From a virus (taxonomy: Duplodnaviria; Caudoviricetes), in the IMG/VR virus record IMGVR_UViG_3300022917_000006, positions 1 to 39,582 of that record: a DNA stretch of 39,582 nucleotides; one strand, 5' to 3'. Shown here piece by piece: positions 10,201 to 20,013 of the stretch; the stretch's first letter is position 1; each line of letters begins with the position of its first letter. The notes beneath the pieces were generated by a model. The model was not told where the DNA came from. It saw nothing but the letters and a program-made list of their open reading frames with translations, and searched no databases. The translations under genes and the position numbers were made by a program.

Positions 10201-10203
10201 GCC

Positions 10204-12201
10204 ATGAATATCCAAGAAGTTTCGCTTCCAACTACTAGCGAGCCTTTTAACTTCTATCCCCAAGAGAGTTTCTCTAGAGGGGTTATAACCCTTGTAACTG
10301 AGTCAAAGATTCCTAAGAATGCTCTTAAGGAGGCAGACAACATCCTTTTAAAGGAAGATGGATCACCCTCACCTCGCTGGGGTGTAGGTTGGTATGGCAC
10401 ATCACCTTCATCAGCTGCATTGGACGGTGCTGCATACTTTGAAACATCAGCAGGTGCCGTACACATTATTGCCGTAGCTGGAGGCACTATCTATCGTTCC
10501 ATAAATGATGGTTCAACCTGGACTGCGTGTACAGGGGCAACGCTAACCGCTGGCTTTAAGTGTGATTTTGAACAGGCAGCATCATTTCTATATATCGTTA
10601 ACGGGGAAAATCCAATTGTTCGTTACGACGGAACTACTACCTTGCAAACATATACAGCGCTTACAACACCAAGTGCCCCAACGCTTACCAAGACCGGTCT
10701 AGGCGGAACGGTATATACTTATTATTACTCAGTATCGGCTGTTAACAATGTTGGATTCACTGCTGCCTCGACCCAGGGAACCATAACGGTTGATAGGTAT
10801 AGGGATAGATGGGATACTTCAAACTTCGTTAAACTTACTTTTCCAGCTGTAACGGGAGCTGTCCGATATGACATATTTGTGGGCAACTCGGCGACTGATC
10901 CACTTGTATACCTTGATTCTATCTCTGCAAATGGTGTTGGCACACAGGAATATACTGATCAGGGTAGTGCCTTGGAGAACAGTAATGTTATTGCTCCTAC
11001 CGACAATACTACTACAGGCCCTGTTGTGGGAAGAATGTCTTATGTAGGCTCACGATTATGGGCGACACAAGATAAGACTAACAAATATAGGGTTTGGTGG
11101 ACAGGCTCAGGCCAGTACATAGGTTACTTCTCAACTAGCTATGATGGTGGCTATATCGATCTCCAGAAGGGTTCACAATTCAAGCCAACTGAGGTAGCAG
11201 ATTATCGTGATGGTAAAGGAACACCACTAGCAACTGTCTGGTGTAGCTCCAAGGATGGACGTGGATGTGTATGGCAGGTGTCGCTAGAAACCCAGACTAT
11301 TGGCGATTTTAGCTTTACGTCACCAGCAGCTTACAAGCTACCAGGTTCACGTGGTACTGATGCTCCTGATAGTGTAGTTAATGTTCTTAATGACTTTATG
11401 TATTACAACTCTCAGGCAGTCTACAATCTTGGTTCTAGGGCTCAATATCTTAACTTACTCTCAACCGATGAGAGCAGCGCTAACATACGACCTAGTGTTA
11501 AAAATGTCTCTCCAACTGCATCTTCTAAAGTTACCGCTATCTACTATGATGCCAAGGTATTCTTTTCTGTCCCGTATAACTCAAGTGACAACAATGCTGT
11601 GATTGTCTATGACACCGAGAAGAAGGCATGGCTACCTCGAGCCTTCACTATTGGGTTTGAGAAGTTCTTCCAATACACCGATACCAGTGGTAGCCAGCAT
11701 CTACTTGCTTGGAAGCCAGGAGACACACGTCTAAGTGAGATATCTTCTGCTATACGAGGAGATTACGGCCAGCCATTTACCACTTCACTCACTACAGGTC
11801 TTATCCCTGTATCAAAGAACCGTTTTGAGTTTATGTGGGTAGAAGAGGCAGAATTTGAGCTATCCCAACCAACTGGGAAGATAATTGTAGAGCTCGTTGG
11901 TACAGAGAGAAATAAAGGTTTCAAGACGGTGAAAACAAAACCAGTTGACTTCAAATACAAGCTTACCAACACTGGTTGGTCTACATTTGCCTGGTCAACC
12001 ACACCCTGGTCTGATTCCTCAGTAGTTCCAGAGGTGTATTCTGAGTCTTCAGCTAAACGTTACTTCTCGGTTCAGAGGGAGTTGAATGCATACCAGTTCC
12101 ATATTACAACTTCATCAATAGATTCGGATTATATCCTACGAACACTCCAGATAAATGGAACCCCTACCCAATCAGGAAAACCGAGAGAATGGAGGGTATA
12201 A
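10204..12201 (+). CDS. Tail nozzle / tail tubular protein B-like (P22 gp10-like stabilisation protein)
   Basis: 665 aa, beta-rich; FSRG..T near N-terminus, R.G motif, YYYSVSAVN Fn3-like insert, VIVYD....W. Confidence 0.75.
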   Translation: MNIQEVSLPTTSEPFNFYPQESFSRGVITLVTESKIPKNALKEADNILLKEDGSPSPRWGVGWYGTSPSSAALDGAAYFETSAGAVHIIAVAGGTIYRSINDGSTWTACTGATLTAGFKCDFEQAASFLYIVNGENPIVRYDGTTTLQTYTALTTPSAPTLTKTGLGGTVYTYYYSVSAVNNVGFTAASTQGTITVDRYRDRWDTSNFVKLTFPAVTGAVRYDIFVGNSATDPLVYLDSISANGVGTQEYTDQGSALENSNVIAPTDNTTTGPVVGRMSYVGSRLWATQDKTNKYRVWWTGSGQYIGYFSTSYDGGYIDLQKGSQFKPTEVADYRDGKGTPLATVWCSSKDGRGCVWQVSLETQTIGDFSFTSPAAYKLPGSRGTDAPDSVVNVLNDFMYYNSQAVYNLGSRAQYLNLLSTDESSANIRPSVKNVSPTASSKVTAIYYDAKVFFSVPYNSSDNNAVIVYDTEKKAWLPRAFTIGFEKFFQYTDTSGSQHLLAWKPGDTRLSEISSAIRGDYGQPFTTSLTTGLIPVSKNRFEFMWVEEAEFELSQPTGKIIVELVGTERNKGFKTVKTKPVDFKYKLTNTGWSTFAWSTTPWSDSSVVPEVYSESSAKRYFSVQRELNAYQFHITTSSIDSDYILRTLQINGTPTQSGKPREWRV

Positions 12202-12254
12202 AGAGAGTGGCGTGTATAGTATGATACAATGTAATAAAATAAGGAAAAACAAAA

Positions 12255-13103
12255 ATGCCAGATCTTAGCAGTGTTACTACAAATTTCTATGCTACATCCA
12301 AAGAGGGTTTCAGCACTACAACTTCATCAACCGTGTTGTCTGGTGCTGTTACTGTCCCGTTAAACAGTACATCAGGGTATGTAGATGGAGATGTGGTATC
12401 GCTTACGATCGATCCGGCATCAGCCTCTACCAAGCAGATATTCACTGGTACAGTTAGTGGTCTGAATATCATCAATGTTAAATGGACTGAAGGTACTAAC
12501 CAGGATCATGCGGCTGGATCGCTTGTTGTTGACTATGTATCTGCTACCCATCAAGCATTACAGACAAAGGGTAATCTAGTTCATGCAAATGCTGATGGTA
12601 CTCTAAAGTCTAGTGCTGTTACATCGACTGCGCTAGCTGATAACTCTGTTACAACAGCAAAGATACTTAACTCAAATGTAACACCAGATAAGCTAGCAAC
12701 AGGTGCAGCCAAGGCATATGTGGCTACAGGTGAATCTACCTCAAGTACAACTTATACCGACCTAACGACTACCACAGATACTGTTACAGTCACAGTTGGT
12801 GTCAACGGTGTTGCTCTTGTATCGGTATTTGCATATGGTAATAACAACTCTAACAATGCCATATCTTATCTATCATTCGCCGTAAGTGGGGCAACCACTA
12901 TTAGCGCGGGTGTTGGGGCCAGCGGTACTCCTGACATACTTGTTCAACAACCCTCTGGTCAAAATGGTAACAACTATACTTACTCTGCTACCATTCTTGT
13001 GACTGGACTTACTCCTGGATCTACTACATTCAAAATGAAATATAAGGTATCTGGTGGTACAGGCTTATTCAACCAAAGATACATATCAGTGGTACCCCTC
13101 TAA
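12255..13103 (+). CDS. Tail fibre/spike-like virion protein
   Basis: T/S-rich beta protein with VT.AK(I/L) repeats; C-terminal GLTPGSTTFKMKY...R.ISV domain common in phage tail proteins. Confidence 0.65.
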   Translation: MPDLSSVTTNFYATSKEGFSTTTSSTVLSGAVTVPLNSTSGYVDGDVVSLTIDPASASTKQIFTGTVSGLNIINVKWTEGTNQDHAAGSLVVDYVSATHQALQTKGNLVHANADGTLKSSAVTSTALADNSVTTAKILNSNVTPDKLATGAAKAYVATGESTSSTTYTDLTTTTDTVTVTVGVNGVALVSVFAYGNNNSNNAISYLSFAVSGATTISAGVGASGTPDILVQQPSGQNGNNYTYSATILVTGLTPGSTTFKMKYKVSGGTGLFNQRYISVVPL

Positions 13104-13113
13104 AGGACAATCA

Positions 13114-13392
13114 GTGGCTACTAAGATACAAGAGCAAGAACAGCGTGAGAAGTTGCTAAGCATTGAGCAGACTCTTCGAGAGAATATAATACCGAAACTT
13201 AATGACGTTAAGCTAACTGTTAACATCATTGCTGAGAAAGAATACATCACAAGGTCAGAAGTCAAGGAAGAATATGCTACTAAAGAGGATGTCACATTCA
13301 TAAAGAGAGTTGTTTATGGGGTGATTATGGCAATACTCCTTGGATTTATTGGTTTAGGATTCGCAATAATACAGAATAGGTTGGTGCAATGA
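13114..13392 (+). CDS. Holin-like membrane protein (coiled coil plus C-terminal TM)
   Basis: GTG start at 13114 after AAGGA; one C-terminal hydrophobic helix; upstream of endolysin. Confidence 0.55.
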   Translation: MATKIQEQEQREKLLSIEQTLRENIIPKLNDVKLTVNIIAEKEYITRSEVKEEYATKEDVTFIKRVVYGVIMAILLGFIGLGFAIIQNRLVQ

Positions 13393-14093
13393 GTGAGAAA
13401 TTCAACAAAGAGCATTTAGTCGTTTATGTATTCCTTGGCATCATTGCCCTGTCTGCCCTTGCCTTCACATATACAGTGTTTTCACCAGTCGATGTCCTAC
13501 GTAACTGGTATATAACTACAGACAAAAATGAATATAGCGTTGGTGATACCATCAAGACTACGAGTAAGTATGACAAAGTCATGTCTGTTAGTGGTAAGAG
13601 TAAGCGATACATAGAGTGCCTCAATAAAAACGGGAGCTGGCAGAGTTATCCAATATCAGAATCCAGTGCAAATGCAGTGGTAGGAACTGGTGAGGTGACT
13701 AACCTAACTATCATACCCGAAGAGATACCAAATACAGATACTAAATGTCGTGTATATTTCCAAGTAGAATATATCATATATATGTACAGGCCCTTTATTG
13801 AGGATGGATATTCAAATGAGTTCCACCTTAAGCCAAAAGATGGTATTACTAAGGATGACAGTATAACCTCAGGAGGAGATATAGCTATGAAAGATGACAT
13901 AATTTACTCTGCCATGCCTGAGTCTAAAATACATATAAAAGAACCTCCAACCGTTAACAATACGCCCATTAGCACCCCAAAACAAGAAGAGCCCCCAAAG
14001 ACAGAGCCATTACCAGCACAAGAGCCCACCCCTCAACCAAGTGTGATTCAGCAGATATTAGAGAGCTTGTTCAACCTAATAAGGATATATTAA
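13389..14093 (+). CDS. Membrane-anchored protein (N-terminal TM, beta-sandwich-like domain, Pro-rich tail)
   Basis: Hydrophobic residues ~10-31, two Cys, PKQEEPPKTEPLP tail; within the lysis cassette. Confidence 0.6.
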   Translation: MSEKFNKEHLVVYVFLGIIALSALAFTYTVFSPVDVLRNWYITTDKNEYSVGDTIKTTSKYDKVMSVSGKSKRYIECLNKNGSWQSYPISESSANAVVGTGEVTNLTIIPEEIPNTDTKCRVYFQVEYIIYMYRPFIEDGYSNEFHLKPKDGITKDDSITSGGDIAMKDDIIYSAMPESKIHIKEPPTVNNTPISTPKQEEPPKTEPLPAQEPTPQPSVIQQILESLFNLIRIY

Positions 14094-14103
14094 AGGAGAG
14101 ACA

Positions 14104-14889
14104 ATGATAGGCATAACTCGAGACAGAATACCTGGCATACCTCAAAGTAACTATGTTGGTGGAAAGCCGTCCATGATAATTCTCCATGAGACAGCCAATC
14201 AAAGCTCAACAATTGATAACGAGGTAGCTTATGTGAAGCGTACATGGGATGATGCTTTCTACCACTACCTTGCTAGCTGGAATAAGGTAGTAGAGGTAGC
14301 TGATCCATCCTACATAGCATGGGGGGCAGGACCAGCGGCTAATCCATATGCGATTCATATTGAACTTGTGAGGGACAATGGCAAGAACTTTGGTGATGCA
14401 TACAGCAACTGGCTAGACACCGCTGTGATGCTCGCAAAACAGTATGGTATACCGTGTAAGTTTAACTCACAGCAGAACGGTATTGTCACACACCACTGGG
14501 TAAGCGATAATATGGGTGGAACTGATCATATCGATCCAGACTCATGGCTTGCGGCCAATGGTATTACACTTGAAAAACTTGAAGCAGATTTAATTAACAA
14601 ATATGGAGGAGCATACGATATGAATCCAGGACAAGTAGATGAGTTTATCTCATGGTCTTACAACCAAATAGCAGCAAAGGCGCCAACAGATGCAGAGTTC
14701 AAGTTTCACCGTCAGCAATTCTCTCAGCAAGGGGACAAGTGGGCAGTCGAGCTCGTTAAGGGATTTAAGGATGACAATGTGGCATGGAAGAAATACAAGT
14801 CACAACTAGATACCGCAAATGCAGCCCTATCGCTTAAGCCAAGCCAATTTGAACCAGTAACAGAGACTGTATACAAGAAAAAAGCATAA
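14104..14889 (+). CDS. Endolysin, N-acetylmuramoyl-L-alanine amidase (Amidase_2)
   Basis: ILHETAN, AFYHY, AWGAG..AN...IHIEL, THHWVS..GGTDHIDP zinc-amidase motifs; AGGAG RBS. Confidence 0.93.
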   Translation: MIGITRDRIPGIPQSNYVGGKPSMIILHETANQSSTIDNEVAYVKRTWDDAFYHYLASWNKVVEVADPSYIAWGAGPAANPYAIHIELVRDNGKNFGDAYSNWLDTAVMLAKQYGIPCKFNSQQNGIVTHHWVSDNMGGTDHIDPDSWLAANGITLEKLEADLINKYGGAYDMNPGQVDEFISWSYNQIAAKAPTDAEFKFHRQQFSQQGDKWAVELVKGFKDDNVAWKKYKSQLDTANAALSLKPSQFEPVTETVYKKKA

Positions 14890-14960
14890 CATAATTTAAT
14901 AGTTGCTACTGCAAAGGTACAAAAATAGTAGTATACTAGGTAAAACAGGAGAAAACAAAC

Positions 14961-15176
14961 ATGAACTATACTCCCGCACAGATAGCCAAGTTTCTGACAG
15001 CTGCTGTAACAGGATTGAGCACTATCGGTGTATCATTTGCCCAAGCTCTTAAAGAGGGCGGCATAACTCCAGATGAGTGGGCTGTCTTAATACCAATCAT
15101 TAGTGGTGCAATCCTTACCGCCATTGGTGTCTTTGTAGTGCCTAATGGTTTAGAAGGAGATAAGAAAGATGTTTAG
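14961..15176 (+). CDS. Holin (2 TM)
   Basis: Two hydrophobic helices with GIT..EW and GVFVVPN motifs, follows the endolysin. Confidence 0.7.
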   Translation: MNYTPAQIAKFLTAAVTGLSTIGVSFAQALKEGGITPDEWAVLIPIISGAILTAIGVFVVPNGLEGDKKDV

Positions 15177-15306
15177 ACGATTAAGTCTAGTAGCGGTATT
15201 CTACATATTAGGGCTTCTTACAGCTCCTAAATCAGGTATTGAGAACCGTACCTATATCGTAAAGTGGATTAAAGACCAAAATAAGAAACTAAGGAAGCAA
15301 AAATGA
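15169..15306 (+). CDS. YtxH-like small membrane protein (45 aa, not in ORF track)
   Basis: MFRRLSLVAVFYILGLLTAPKSGIENRTYI...; GLL.APKSG.E.R is the YtxH signature; AAGGAG RBS. Confidence 0.65.
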   Translation: MFRRLSLVAVFYILGLLTAPKSGIENRTYIVKWIKDQNKKLRKQK

Positions 15307-15473
15307 ACCTACTACAATTCTTTATTAACCTTGTCCTAGCCATTCTAGCTTATGTGATCGTGGCAAACCTATTGAACTACATTGGCGTTACGGGATTATT
15401 GAACTTCCTTGTTTCATTAATAGGCGGAGTTGCCGTATTCTTTGCTAACTTTGCGAGAAGAATGGTTGCTTAA
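15303..15473 (+). CDS. Small 2-TM membrane protein (56 aa, not in ORF track)
   Basis: MNLLQFFINLVLAILAYVIVANLLNYIGVTGLLNFLVSLIGGVAVFFANFARRMVA; ATGA-coupled. Confidence 0.7.
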   Translation: MNLLQFFINLVLAILAYVIVANLLNYIGVTGLLNFLVSLIGGVAVFFANFARRMVA

Positions 15474-15478
15474 AACCC

Positions 15479-15859
15479 ATGGCTAAGTATGAAATGGTGA
15501 GGGGCGATTACAGAGAATTGTTTGTAATGGTTCCACAGAGCGGATATCAATCTGGCTCTACACTATTCTTCGTAGTCAAACAGGCGTTGGATAATGATAC
15601 AGATGACAGTGACGCTGTGTTTCAACTTAACTTAACAGATGCGGATATTGTTGACAGTGCCTTCTCTCTAAATGGTGAAACCTATATTAGATATAGGGGT
15701 GTGATTACAAGTGATATGACAAATACTTACGCTATGACCTCAAAGAAAATCAAACTAATTGCTGAATTCCAATATGTAGTACCTGGGGTGAAGCCAACTA
15801 CCTACCCTCAATTCGACTTTATCCTGTATAAGGATGCTAATCGCAGGAGGACTATATGA
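15479..15859 (+). CDS. Tail fibre adaptor-like protein (BppU N-terminal-like)
   Basis: M.RGD...L...LFFVVK...D.DA pattern typical of fibre-attachment domains. Confidence 0.5.
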   Translation: MAKYEMVRGDYRELFVMVPQSGYQSGSTLFFVVKQALDNDTDDSDAVFQLNLTDADIVDSAFSLNGETYIRYRGVITSDMTNTYAMTSKKIKLIAEFQYVVPGVKPTTYPQFDFILYKDANRRRTI

Positions 15860-16020
15860 TGCAGACCCTCAAATCAATTGATGATATGACTATTATTGTG
15901 CTCGATGGCGGGCTAAGAGGACAAAGTGGTGGTATAAGTGAGAGCGAAACTACTATTATTATTGAAGAGGCTGTTTCCCAGGCAGCAGATGACGCTATTG
16001 CGTTCGCGGTGGCACTATGA
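15856..16020 (+). CDS. Short tail-fibre connector (54 aa, not in ORF track)
   Basis: MMQTLKSIDDMTIIVLDGGLRGQSGG...DDAIAFAVAL; AGGAGG RBS; ATGA-coupled at both ends. Confidence 0.7.
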   Translation: MMQTLKSIDDMTIIVLDGGLRGQSGGISESETTIIIEEAVSQAADDAIAFAVAL

Positions 16021-17024
16021 ACAGAGTAATGACAAACTATGTCTTTGACCCTATAGCTAAGACGGTCAAGCTTAATGATGTGGGATCACTTAATCAGGGT
16101 GATGTTTCCCTTATTACCAACGTTACCCGGGGTGCTATCATCTATCAGTTCAACTCTGCAACAAAAGGTGGAGCTATAGCTTATAACGTCATAACCCTTG
16201 ACTTCGATACTTCATCAATGAGTGCATCAGATGAGCTCCGCATTGACTACCACGATGAAGAGGAACCAGTATATTTCCGTAAGCTTAGCGAGTTCACCGA
16301 TACCGTGGGTATCAAACACAAAACCGTCGTGATCGATTCCCTACCTGACATTTTAGCCAATGGTGACTATGTCTTACCAATCACGGACGTGGCGGGATAC
16401 ACTACTGCAACCTTTGAAATAAGCGGTACGTTCACAGCCAACCTGACTTGTTATGATGGGGTTACTGGAAACGACATGCAGGTTGTACCTCTTAGTTTCG
16501 GTACTACTGAGGACATTACTACCATCATAAGTGGCGCAGGACTCTTTACTGCCCGACTTAAAGCTCCTAAGCTCGCGCTGCGTGTCACCTCATACACATC
16601 AGGTACACCTAAATTGACACTTCATCTTTCGAGTTCTCCCTACACTTCTCGTACAGTCTCAACAGTGAGCACATCTTTAAGCACTATTGATACTGCAAGG
16701 GCACTGAGTGGCGCGGCAGTAACAACGACTACTGGTGTCGATTCCCGATCTAAGCGACAACTCTTTTACATGCTCTCTGTGACAGGTACAGGCGGTACTA
16801 CCCCACAACTAGTGGTAAGTGTAGAAGCATCGGTAGATGGAAACACACCTTGGTATCCTGTAAATCACTCTACTGGTCTTCCGGTAAATATTAGCATCAC
16901 AGCTAACGGTGATTATTCCCTAGGGGTAACTGAACCATTCGGTAGGTTTGTTCGCCTAAAGTACACCGTTACAGGCACAAGTCCAACATTTACAGTAACA
17001 TCTAAGCTTATCGCAAAGGACTAA
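16017..17024 (+). CDS. Tail fibre/receptor-binding protein
   Basis: YVFDP.AKTV...LITNVT....IY.F N-terminal domain followed by two beta-sandwich-like repeats. Confidence 0.6.
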   Translation: MNRVMTNYVFDPIAKTVKLNDVGSLNQGDVSLITNVTRGAIIYQFNSATKGGAIAYNVITLDFDTSSMSASDELRIDYHDEEEPVYFRKLSEFTDTVGIKHKTVVIDSLPDILANGDYVLPITDVAGYTTATFEISGTFTANLTCYDGVTGNDMQVVPLSFGTTEDITTIISGAGLFTARLKAPKLALRVTSYTSGTPKLTLHLSSSPYTSRTVSTVSTSLSTIDTARALSGAAVTTTTGVDSRSKRQLFYMLSVTGTGGTTPQLVVSVEASVDGNTPWYPVNHSTGLPVNISITANGDYSLGVTEPFGRFVRLKYTVTGTSPTFTVTSKLIAKD

Positions 17025-17025
17025 T

Positions 17026-17916
17026 ATGAAGGGCATAAACTACGGACACCATCTAGTAACAACCGAATTTGTCGTAGGAGGTGTTCTTGACTCAGCTCGT
17101 TATGAGAGTGTTGTTAGAGCCGAGATGTTGGAAATACTTAAGCAAGGGTTTGATGAAATCCGCTTAGACTATCCACAGTGGAATGGAGCTTCCTGGACTT
17201 CACCTGCATTTGAGCGACGTAAGCTAAGCGTTCGTATAGCATTAAGTCTTCCATTTAAGAAGGTGTTATGGGGGGTTGTTCATACTCGGCCAACTGTTAC
17301 CGCTGCTAACTATCCAAATTCTCGTGACTTCATACTAAACACTTTGTTGCCGTGGGCACAGGGCGTAAATGACTCACGACTATGCATGTCGATTGGAAAT
17401 GAGGAAGAGCCACATGTTGATGGCACGACCCTAACCGCTGCAACCATGCGTTCCAACCTTCTCACACTTGCAACCAGTGCTCAGGCAATCTATACAGTTG
17501 GTCCTGTATATTATGATGCTTCAATCGATTCAGTATATGGTGGTGGTAATGTATGGGGAGATAACAGTATTGGTAGCCTCGATTTACTCGGTATCAATGT
17601 CTATAAAGGCGTGCTTCCCGACTATGCTGGTTTCACGGCGGCCGTAGCAGATATATATTCCAGGTTTGGTAGCAAGATATATTGTGGTGAGTACAATACC
17701 GGTAATGGATTTGATGACATGATCTCATATGGCAGAAGGTACGCCGAAGAGATCTATTCCAAGGTGAACATCGATCGACGAAATATTCTTGACTCGTATA
17801 ATATTCCATGGTACTTCTTCTCTTATGCTGCAAACTCAAACCCAGCTAACCAGCCTAATGCATTCGCGCTTAAGATGGCAGACGGGACATTTCACCAACT
17901 CTGGGATGTACTGTAA
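17026..17916 (+). CDS. Glycoside hydrolase, clan GH-A-like TIM barrel
   Basis: MKGINY start, GFDEIR, SIGNEE (acid/base), DLLGINVY, GEYN (nucleophile), W.FFSY. Confidence 0.7.
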   Translation: MKGINYGHHLVTTEFVVGGVLDSARYESVVRAEMLEILKQGFDEIRLDYPQWNGASWTSPAFERRKLSVRIALSLPFKKVLWGVVHTRPTVTAANYPNSRDFILNTLLPWAQGVNDSRLCMSIGNEEEPHVDGTTLTAATMRSNLLTLATSAQAIYTVGPVYYDASIDSVYGGGNVWGDNSIGSLDLLGINVYKGVLPDYAGFTAAVADIYSRFGSKIYCGEYNTGNGFDDMISYGRRYAEEIYSKVNIDRRNILDSYNIPWYFFSYAANSNPANQPNAFALKMADGTFHQLWDVL

Positions 17917-19094
17917 TGGCAGACTTTGTACTTGTTAACCAGGCTCCCATCGAAGTTATCCTAGATGGTGGTCTTAGAGGTGAACAGGGCCCCCCAGGGG
18001 ATGCTGCGGATACTTTGGTAGAATCGGTCAACGGTCAGCAGGGCATAGTGGTACTCGATACTGATGACATATCAGATACTAGCTCAGCTAATAAGTACGT
18101 GACCTCAGCCGAGAAAACAAAGCTTTCAAATCTATCAGGGACAAATACAGGCGACCAGGATCTTTCGGGCCTAGTTCCAAAAACTACTACTGTAAATGGC
18201 CATGCCCTATCTTCAAACGTAACTGTCACAAAATCTGACGTTAGCCTTGGAAATGTAGATAATACATCCGATGTAAATAAGCCAATATCTACTGCAACCC
18301 AAACAGCTCTAGATGCCAAGCAGAACTCCTTGGGCTTTACACCTGAGAACATTACTAACAAGAGCACATCCACGTCCTTGGGATCATCAGATACGTTGTA
18401 CCCTACTCAGAATGCCGTTAAGTCTTATGTAGATACGCAGGTAGCTGCAGTTGAGGGCAGCGATGTGGATAGCTTTAACGGACGAACAGGCACAGTTCTT
18501 CCCGTAAGTGGCGATTACACGGCAACACAGATTACGAACTCACCCTCTGGTACTATTGCCGCAACGGATGTTCAGACAGCAATAAATGAGCTAGGCACAG
18601 AGAAAGAGGAAGTCGCCAATAAAAGTACGTCTACCGCTCTCGGCGCCTCAAACACCCTCTATCCCTCACAGGGAGCAGTAAAAACCTATGTTGATACTCT
18701 AGATGCCCAGAACGTCAAGCTCACAGGCACACAAACGGTTGCTGGCGATAAGACATTCTCCGGTAATACTACCTTACAAGCGATTACAACAATATCTCAG
18801 GGCTTCCGCTTCGGTGCATCAAACCGTACCACCGCCCTAACTCTTGCATCTAATTCAGCCGTATTGAACTTTTGTAACGCAACAACAGCTGGGTTTACCA
18901 TTACCCTGCCAACAGCTACAGGTCGACCAGGTCAGATGTTCTACTTCAAGAAAACTGACGCTACTGCCAATGTGGTAACTATAACAAGGTCGGGCACCGA
19001 AACAATTGATGGTGCAGTGTCGCAAACATTAACAACCCAGTACGCAGCGCTTACGCTCGTATCGGATGGTGCAAACTGGTTTATAGGATTATAA
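17916..19094 (+). CDS. Tail fibre protein
   Basis: Collagen-like GEQGPPG, SVNGQQG.V.L, LGNVDNTSDVNKPISTATQTALD, repeated ENITNKSTS..LG.S..LYPTQ.AVK.YVD, C-terminal TITLP...KKTD...SDGANW. Confidence 0.85.
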   Translation: MADFVLVNQAPIEVILDGGLRGEQGPPGDAADTLVESVNGQQGIVVLDTDDISDTSSANKYVTSAEKTKLSNLSGTNTGDQDLSGLVPKTTTVNGHALSSNVTVTKSDVSLGNVDNTSDVNKPISTATQTALDAKQNSLGFTPENITNKSTSTSLGSSDTLYPTQNAVKSYVDTQVAAVEGSDVDSFNGRTGTVLPVSGDYTATQITNSPSGTIAATDVQTAINELGTEKEEVANKSTSTALGASNTLYPSQGAVKTYVDTLDAQNVKLTGTQTVAGDKTFSGNTTLQAITTISQGFRFGASNRTTALTLASNSAVLNFCNATTAGFTITLPTATGRPGQMFYFKKTDATANVVTITRSGTETIDGAVSQTLTTQYAALTLVSDGANWFIGL

Positions 19095-19103
19095 GGAGGA
19101 TCA

Positions 19104-20012
19104 ATGGCATATTTACCTAACACAGGGCAAAACCCACAGGGGGAGTTTGTTAGCATCCCTGTAGGTGGAACAAAATTTGTAACTACTACACCACTTGCTG
19201 CCAGTGCAAGTGTTAATACCGGCTGGATGTCGACAAAGGGGTATGGGTCACTTCTATATGTCATACGGTCCGACCAGGCCAGTGCTACTGGGGGCATCAC
19301 TGTAGAGTACAGCGATGATGGCACTACTGCTATTCCTGGTGGGGGAGCAATATCATATACAGCTAATCAGCTGAACACACAGATTCAACGTGTACTAGTC
19401 CCGAAAGCACAATATACCCGCATTACATACCTTAATGGTTCTACTGCTCAAACTAGTTTTAGATTAGAAGTAAAACTTTCTACGACTCTAGTGCAGCCTA
19501 CCGAAGGGAGCCACAGCGTTCCTGTAACAGACTCTGCTCTTGGAATGTATGTAGTCTCGGATGAACAGCTTACCGATGGTACTAGCTACGATCGTATCCA
19601 ACGTACAGGTAATGCCAAGAATGTTTATGTAGTAAATCAAAGTAGCCCGGCTACCTCAGTCAGTGTGACTAACTTCCCATCCAGCCAGACAGTGAGCGGG
19701 CCTCTTACAGATACACAGTTACGAGCCACACCAGTAAATATAAATCAGGCTCAGCCCAGCACTGCAACTGTGACAACTGCCACTACGCTGGCCACTGTTA
19801 CGACAGTTCTTGCAGCTAACTCTAGCCGCAAAGGTGCGACATTTTTCTCCGTTACAGGAACAATTTTTCTTAAACTGGGCACTGGAGCTTCTGCTACAAG
19901 CTTTACAACTCGCGTTGTCACTAATGGTATGTATGAACTGCCCAAGCCTGCGTATACCGGGGTAGTGACCGCTATTGGAGCAGGCACACTCAATGTAACC
20001 GAGGAGGTGTAA
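19104..20012 (+). CDS. Tail-associated structural protein
   Basis: T/S-rich; GPLTDTQLRATPV motif and C-terminal AANSSRKGA...YELP...YTG domain seen in phage fibre-associated proteins; AGGAGG RBS. Confidence 0.6.
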   Translation: MAYLPNTGQNPQGEFVSIPVGGTKFVTTTPLAASASVNTGWMSTKGYGSLLYVIRSDQASATGGITVEYSDDGTTAIPGGGAISYTANQLNTQIQRVLVPKAQYTRITYLNGSTAQTSFRLEVKLSTTLVQPTEGSHSVPVTDSALGMYVVSDEQLTDGTSYDRIQRTGNAKNVYVVNQSSPATSVSVTNFPSSQTVSGPLTDTQLRATPVNINQAQPSTATVTTATTLATVTTVLAANSSRKGATFFSVTGTIFLKLGTGASATSFTTRVVTNGMYELPKPAYTGVVTAIGAGTLNVTEEV

Positions 20013-20013
20013 T

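Noticed and set aside
18330-18700. Diversity-generating retroelement repeats in the tail fibre
   Set aside because: The repeats are ordinary diverged protein repeats, not adenine-specific, and no reverse transcriptase is present
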